DNA of 64,000 bases from the sequence record DRR378314_434. The stretch is one strand, 5' to 3'. A program made the translations under genes and the position numbers. Under the pieces are notes generated by a model. It was not told the DNA's origin and ran no database searches. It worked only from the letters and a program-made list of their open reading frames with translations. How positions within the stretch are numbered: the first letter of the stretch is position 1; every line of letters starts with the position of its first letter. Shown one piece after another: positions 60,030 through 64,000 of the stretch.

Positions 60030-60064
60030 ATTTTTGTGAAGAATCGATGAAGGATTTGTGAATA
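60030..60064 (-). promoter_or_regulatory. Three 11-bp-spaced Pho-box-like repeats
   Basis: Minus strand ATTCAC, CTTCAT, CTTCAC with cores at 60058-62, 60047-51 and 60036-40. Confidence 0.55.
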
Positions 60065-60100
60065 CAGGGAACTAACTACCTTTAACTATGCTGGCAGGAA

Positions 60101-60129
60101 TGTCGGCACCTTTCTTCTTGGTACCGACA
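60101..60129 (-). terminator. Hairpin downstream of cytochrome b561 gene
   Basis: TGTCGGCACC-N9-GGTACCGACA near-perfect stem. Confidence 0.5.
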
Positions 60130-60167
60130 ACGCTTTCGAGGGAAATTAGCAAGAGTTGAAAACGGCG

Positions 60168-60689
60168 TTACATCATCCGTTTGAGAGTTCCGTCTTTTAT
60201 AATAAACTGATGAATGAAAGCCATACCGATATGACCTGCAACTAGAAACAATAAGCCCCAGGCTATGTAAGAATGCAGATTACCAATGTTTATCAGCCAG
60301 CTAATTTCCTCACTTTTTGCAATAATTTCAAAGTTAAATGCACTCAGCCCATAACCGTTACCCACCATGTAGCAAATTCCGGTCACAGGCATCAATACCA
60401 ACGCGGCATACAACAAACCGTGGCCGATTTTTGCCAGAACGCCAATAATAGACTCATGTTCGGGCCGGTTTCCCTTTTCTTTTGCTGTCCAACCTAAGCG
60501 TAAAACAATAAGTACCAATAGAAGGGAACCAATGGATATGTGCCAGGGAACCAGCGTTTCACCCACCCAGTGTTCACCATCGTTTATACGGTCAAAGAAT
60601 TTTAGAAATTGCCAGCTAACCAGAATGGCCATCGACCAGTGGAAGAAGCGCGTTATAGAACCATAACGCGCTTTAGAGTCATTCATCAT
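60168..60689 (-). CDS. Cytochrome b561 (YceJ/CybB-like)
   Basis: RFFHW, WHISIG, GHGLLY, LH...GHIGMAFIHQF...TLKRM. Confidence 0.9.
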   Translation of the reverse strand: MMNDSKARYGSITRFFHWSMAILVSWQFLKFFDRINDGEHWVGETLVPWHISIGSLLLVLIVLRLGWTAKEKGNRPEHESIIGVLAKIGHGLLYAALVLMPVTGICYMVGNGYGLSAFNFEIIAKSEEISWLINIGNLHSYIAWGLLFLVAGHIGMAFIHQFIIKDGTLKRMM

Positions 60690-60782
60690 TTTTGAGTACC
60701 CATACTAATCAAATATCGCCTTAGGCTACCTATCTGATATTGGTATGAGAATGCACATTTTCTTAAAATATTTTTCAGAAAG

Positions 60783-61802
60783 CTAAAACTCTATGCAAAT
60801 TTTGCCGAAGTGCTTGCCAGACTCCTCGTAACGGAATGCATCCGCTAATTCATCCAGAGCAAAAATTTTATCAATTACCGGCTTCACACCATTGGCTTCC
60901 AGGGCTCGCACAAAGTCTTTCTGGTTGTCGCGACTGCCAACAATTAACCCCTGTAACTTGGCTTGCTTGGCCATTAATTTGGCGGTTGGAACTTCACCTT
61001 CACTTCCGGTTAGCACACCAATTAACGCAATGTGCCCCGCTATCGCGACCGCGTTGATAGACTGTGGCAAGGTGCCAGGGCCACCAACTTCAATCACATG
61101 GTCAACACCACGGCCATTGGTTAATTTACGAACCGTTTTGCCCCATTCAGGGTCTTCTTTGTAGTTAATCAAATGATCTGCCCCCAGCTCCTTATACTGC
61201 TGGAGTTTGTCATTAGACGAGGATGTCGCAAATACAGTCGCCCCCAGGCTTTTCGCTAATTGGCAGGCAAATACTGATACGCCACCACTGCCAAGCACCA
61301 GCACCGTATTGCCCGGCTTAATGCCACCGTCCACGACCAAACCGCGCCAGGCCGTCAACCCCGCCGTCGTCAGCGTTGCCGATTCAGCATGGCTGTAGTT
61401 TTTAGGCTGATGAGTGAAAAACTGAGTCGGGCGCACGACAACTTCTCGGGCGTAGCCATCAATGCCATCACCCGGCGTATTGCGGAAGTCGCCGACTGGC
61501 GCCGGTCCACTTTGCCAATACGGGAAAAAGGTAGAAACAACATTATCGCCTACCGCGAATTCTTCCACTCCTTCGCCAACGGCTTCAACAACGCCTGCAC
61601 CATCAGACATTGGAATGCGTCCATCTTCTGTTGGGATAAAACCGGCAGCTACGCCGTAGTCATGAAAATTAAGCGAACTTGCTTTAACTTTAACGCGAAT
61701 TTCTCCCGGCCCGGGCTGGCCAGGGTCTTCCATTTCGGTTACTTGAATATTATCCAGGCCAAACGGTTTTTTGAGCCGTAGCGCTTTAATTTTCTCAGTC
61801 AT
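60783..61802 (-). CDS. MDR-family NAD(P)-dependent oxidoreductase
   Basis: SSLNFHD, PMSDGAGVV, TAGLTAW, GSGGVS, HFGKICI. Confidence 0.9.
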   Translation of the reverse strand: MTEKIKALRLKKPFGLDNIQVTEMEDPGQPGPGEIRVKVKASSLNFHDYGVAAGFIPTEDGRIPMSDGAGVVEAVGEGVEEFAVGDNVVSTFFPYWQSGPAPVGDFRNTPGDGIDGYAREVVVRPTQFFTHQPKNYSHAESATLTTAGLTAWRGLVVDGGIKPGNTVLVLGSGGVSVFACQLAKSLGATVFATSSSNDKLQQYKELGADHLINYKEDPEWGKTVRKLTNGRGVDHVIEVGGPGTLPQSINAVAIAGHIALIGVLTGSEGEVPTAKLMAKQAKLQGLIVGSRDNQKDFVRALEANGVKPVIDKIFALDELADAFRYEESGKHFGKICIEF

Positions 61803-62031
61803 GTTGGTAGTCCTTTAACTAGAGTGTGTATTCAATTGTAGTTCTTATGAGGGGTTATTGGATCAAAGCTAAGCTGTAAAAGCTGAGAAAACTCATTAAC
61901 AGGAATTAAATTGATCTAACTACATTAGGTAACTCATGATGCCGACTATACTGAAAGTGCCGTTCGCAATACCACTAAGGGTATCAGCGAGAACAGCAAA
62001 TATTTCTATTCAGTAAGGGAAGGAATCCGTA

Positions 62032-64000
62032 ATGGCTAAAAAGACAATTGCGAAATTTGATATCTCGGCAACTGCACCAGAAGGTTTTGAGCATGAGCCT
62101 GACGCAACAGGCGGTTTTTGGTGCCATAAACCGCTTAACACTTTGCCACCGGGTGATTTTATATCGCCCTACTCGCGTCATAAAACCTTACCGACTCCGG
62201 GAGTCGAAAAGCGTAAAGCCTGGATAATTGGTGGCGGTGTCGGGGGGCTTGCTGCTGCATTTTATTTAATTCGCGATGGTCATATGCCCGCCGAAAACAT
62301 CACTATTCTAGAAGAAATGAGTGTGGAAGGCGGCTCTATGGATGGTGCGGGTAACCCTGAAGACGGTTACATTATTCGCGGTGGTCGTGAAATGAACTGG
62401 AACTACGACACACTCTGGGATCTATTCCAGGACATTCCTGCCCTTGAACTTCCTGAAGGCTACTCGGTTCTCGATGAATACCGAATGATAAATGACAACG
62501 ACCCGAATTACTCTAAGGCCCGTTTAATTAACAAGTCCGGCGAGATTCTTGACTCAGAAGACCTGGGTCTGAGTAAATCTCAGCAATGGGAACTTATTCG
62601 CTTAATGCTGAAACGGAAGGAAGAGTTAGACGACACCAGCATTGAGGAATATTTCAGTGAAGGCTTTTTACAAAGCAACTTCTGGTTCTTATTTCGCACA
62701 ATGTTTGCTTTTAAAAACTGCCACAGCCTGCTGGAAACCAAGCTCTATTTACATCGTTTTCTGGATTCAATTGACGGTTTTGCTGACATGTCTGTTCTGC
62801 TTTTCCCTAAATACAATCAGTACGACACCTTTATCAAGCCACTGACCAACTTTCTGCGTGAAAAAGGAGTGAATTTTACCTTTGAAGCCAGAGTCGATGA
62901 CCTTGATATAAGCTTTACCGGAGACAATAAGACAGTAACCGGAATTCAGGCCGTTATTAAAGGTAAAGAGCAATATATTGAAGTTGGCAAGAATGATTTA
63001 GTGTTCGCCCTCACCGGCTCAATGACTGAAAATACAGGTTATGCCGGTATGGATGATGCGCCGGAGCTTAGCTGTGAAAAGCATGACCCGGGTAGCGAAA
63101 GCGGCTGGAACTTATGGAAGAACCTCGCCAAAAAATCTCCTGTTTTTGGTAAGCCAGAAAAGTTTTATGGTGACGTAGACAAGTCTATATGGGAGTCAGC
63201 CACCCTTACCTGCAAGCCCTCGCCCCTGGTCGATAAACTGAAAACCTTATCGGTAAACGACCCATACTCAGGTCGAACCGTAACAGGCGGGATAGTGACG
63301 TTTACTGACTCAAACTGGCTGTTAAGCGTTACCTGTAATCGCCAACCCCACTTCCCCGACCAGCCAGACGATACCTTAGTGCTGTGGGTATATGGCCTGT
63401 TGATGGATAAGCAAGGGAACCGTGTAAATAAAACCATGCCGGAATGTACCGGCAAAGAGATTCTGACTGAGCTTTGCCATCACCTGGGTATTGAAGACCA
63501 GTTAGATCAGGTTATTGCTAACACCAAAATACGCATTGCGCTTATGCCTTACATTACCGCCCAGTTTATGCCCAGAGCAGCAGGCGACAGACCCAGAGTA
63601 GTGCCTGAAGGCTGCACCAACTTAGGTCTAATTGGACAGTTTGTAGAAACCCGCAACGACATTATATTCACCATGGAAGCGTCTATTCGTACCGCCCGTA
63701 TTGGCGTGTATAAGCTGCTGAATATTCCCAAGCAGGTGCCGGATATAAGCCCCACGCAATACGATATTCGCAACATCATAAAAGGTGCCAGAGCACTCAA
63801 TAGTAATAAGCCTTTTATTGGTGAGCGTATGCTGCACCGCTTACTCGACAAAACCTACTTTGCCCACATACTGCCGCCGCTGCCCGAACCGGAGGAGAAA
63901 AAGCAAACACACTTTGAAGAGGAGCTAAGAGAACTGCTTGGTAAAGGCGGTGACTTAATCAATAAATTCTCAAGCTGGGTTAACTCACTGAGGGAAAATT
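62032..64000 (+). CDS. ohyA: Oleate hydratase (MCRA family), runs off the window end
   Basis: Own translation from ATG 62032: MAKKTIAK...[22 protein letters not shown]...GGSMDG...RGGREM (FAD motif and OhyA signature); later FPKYNQY and [11 protein letters not shown]. Absent from the ORF track because no stop falls in the window. Confidence 0.92.
   Translation, partial: MAKKTIAKFDISATAPEGFEHEPDATGGFWCHKPLNTLPPGDFISPYSRHKTLPTPGVEKRKAWIIGGGVGGLAAAFYLIRDGHMPAENITILEEMSVEGGSMDGAGNPEDGYIIRGGREMNWNYDTLWDLFQDIPALELPEGYSVLDEYRMINDNDPNYSKARLINKSGEILDSEDLGLSKSQQWELIRLMLKRKEELDDTSIEEYFSEGFLQSNFWFLFRTMFAFKNCHSLLETKLYLHRFLDSIDGFADMSVLLFPKYNQYDTFIKPLTNFLREKGVNFTFEARVDDLDISFTGDNKTVTGIQAVIKGKEQYIEVGKNDLVFALTGSMTENTGYAGMDDAPELSCEKHDPGSESGWNLWKNLAKKSPVFGKPEKFYGDVDKSIWESATLTCKPSPLVDKLKTLSVNDPYSGRTVTGGIVTFTDSNWLLSVTCNRQPHFPDQPDDTLVLWVYGLLMDKQGNRVNKTMPECTGKEILTELCHHLGIEDQLDQVIANTKIRIALMPYITAQFMPRAAGDRPRVVPEGCTNLGLIGQFVETRNDIIFTMEASIRTARIGVYKLLNIPKQVPDISPTQYDIRNIIKGARALNSNKPFIGERMLHRLLDKTYFAHILPPLPEPEEKKQTHFEEELRELLGKGGDLINKFSSWVNSLREN

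Noticed and set aside
61984-63851. Several short ORFs in the track
   Set aside because: Shadows of the oleate hydratase frame; the same applies to the many short antisense ORFs inside other long genes.
1-64000. CRISPR arrays, tRNA/rRNA, IS elements, REP families
   Set aside because: No regularly spaced repeats, RNA-gene signatures or transposase ORFs found by eye; the intergenic hairpins are unrelated to one another.

Overview
Gene-dense, moderately GC-poor chromosomal segment of a marine gammaproteobacterium. Gene content and style resemble Idiomarina/Alteromonadales, but this is an inference and not a database match. The first ~30 kb is mostly housekeeping and envelope genes: M16 and M14 peptidases, aidB, rhlE, yebG with a LexA box, arfB, ilvE, a DUF883/BON stress operon, ydbST-like genes, an OmpA lipoprotein, a sirtuin, lemA and three c-di-GMP enzymes. 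From ~30 kb to the end it is an accessory mosaic with four TonB-dependent receptors (TBDRs), a Fur-boxed siderophore uptake module, two small gene relics, a decayed integron (attI-like site, two cassettes, two truncated attC sites) and an oleate hydratase running off the end that the ORF track missed. The best candidate for an undescribed system is 51254-60064: TBDR - PHP-family phosphoesterase lipoprotein - ECF sigma - FecR-type anti-sigma - a second, closely paralogous TBDR with an N-terminal signalling extension. Pho-box-like repeats, not Fur boxes, precede both transcription units, suggesting a phosphate-starvation cell-surface signalling system for an unknown phosphoester with separate sensor and transporter paralogues. 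No rRNA, tRNA, CRISPR array or intact transposase/integrase was seen.
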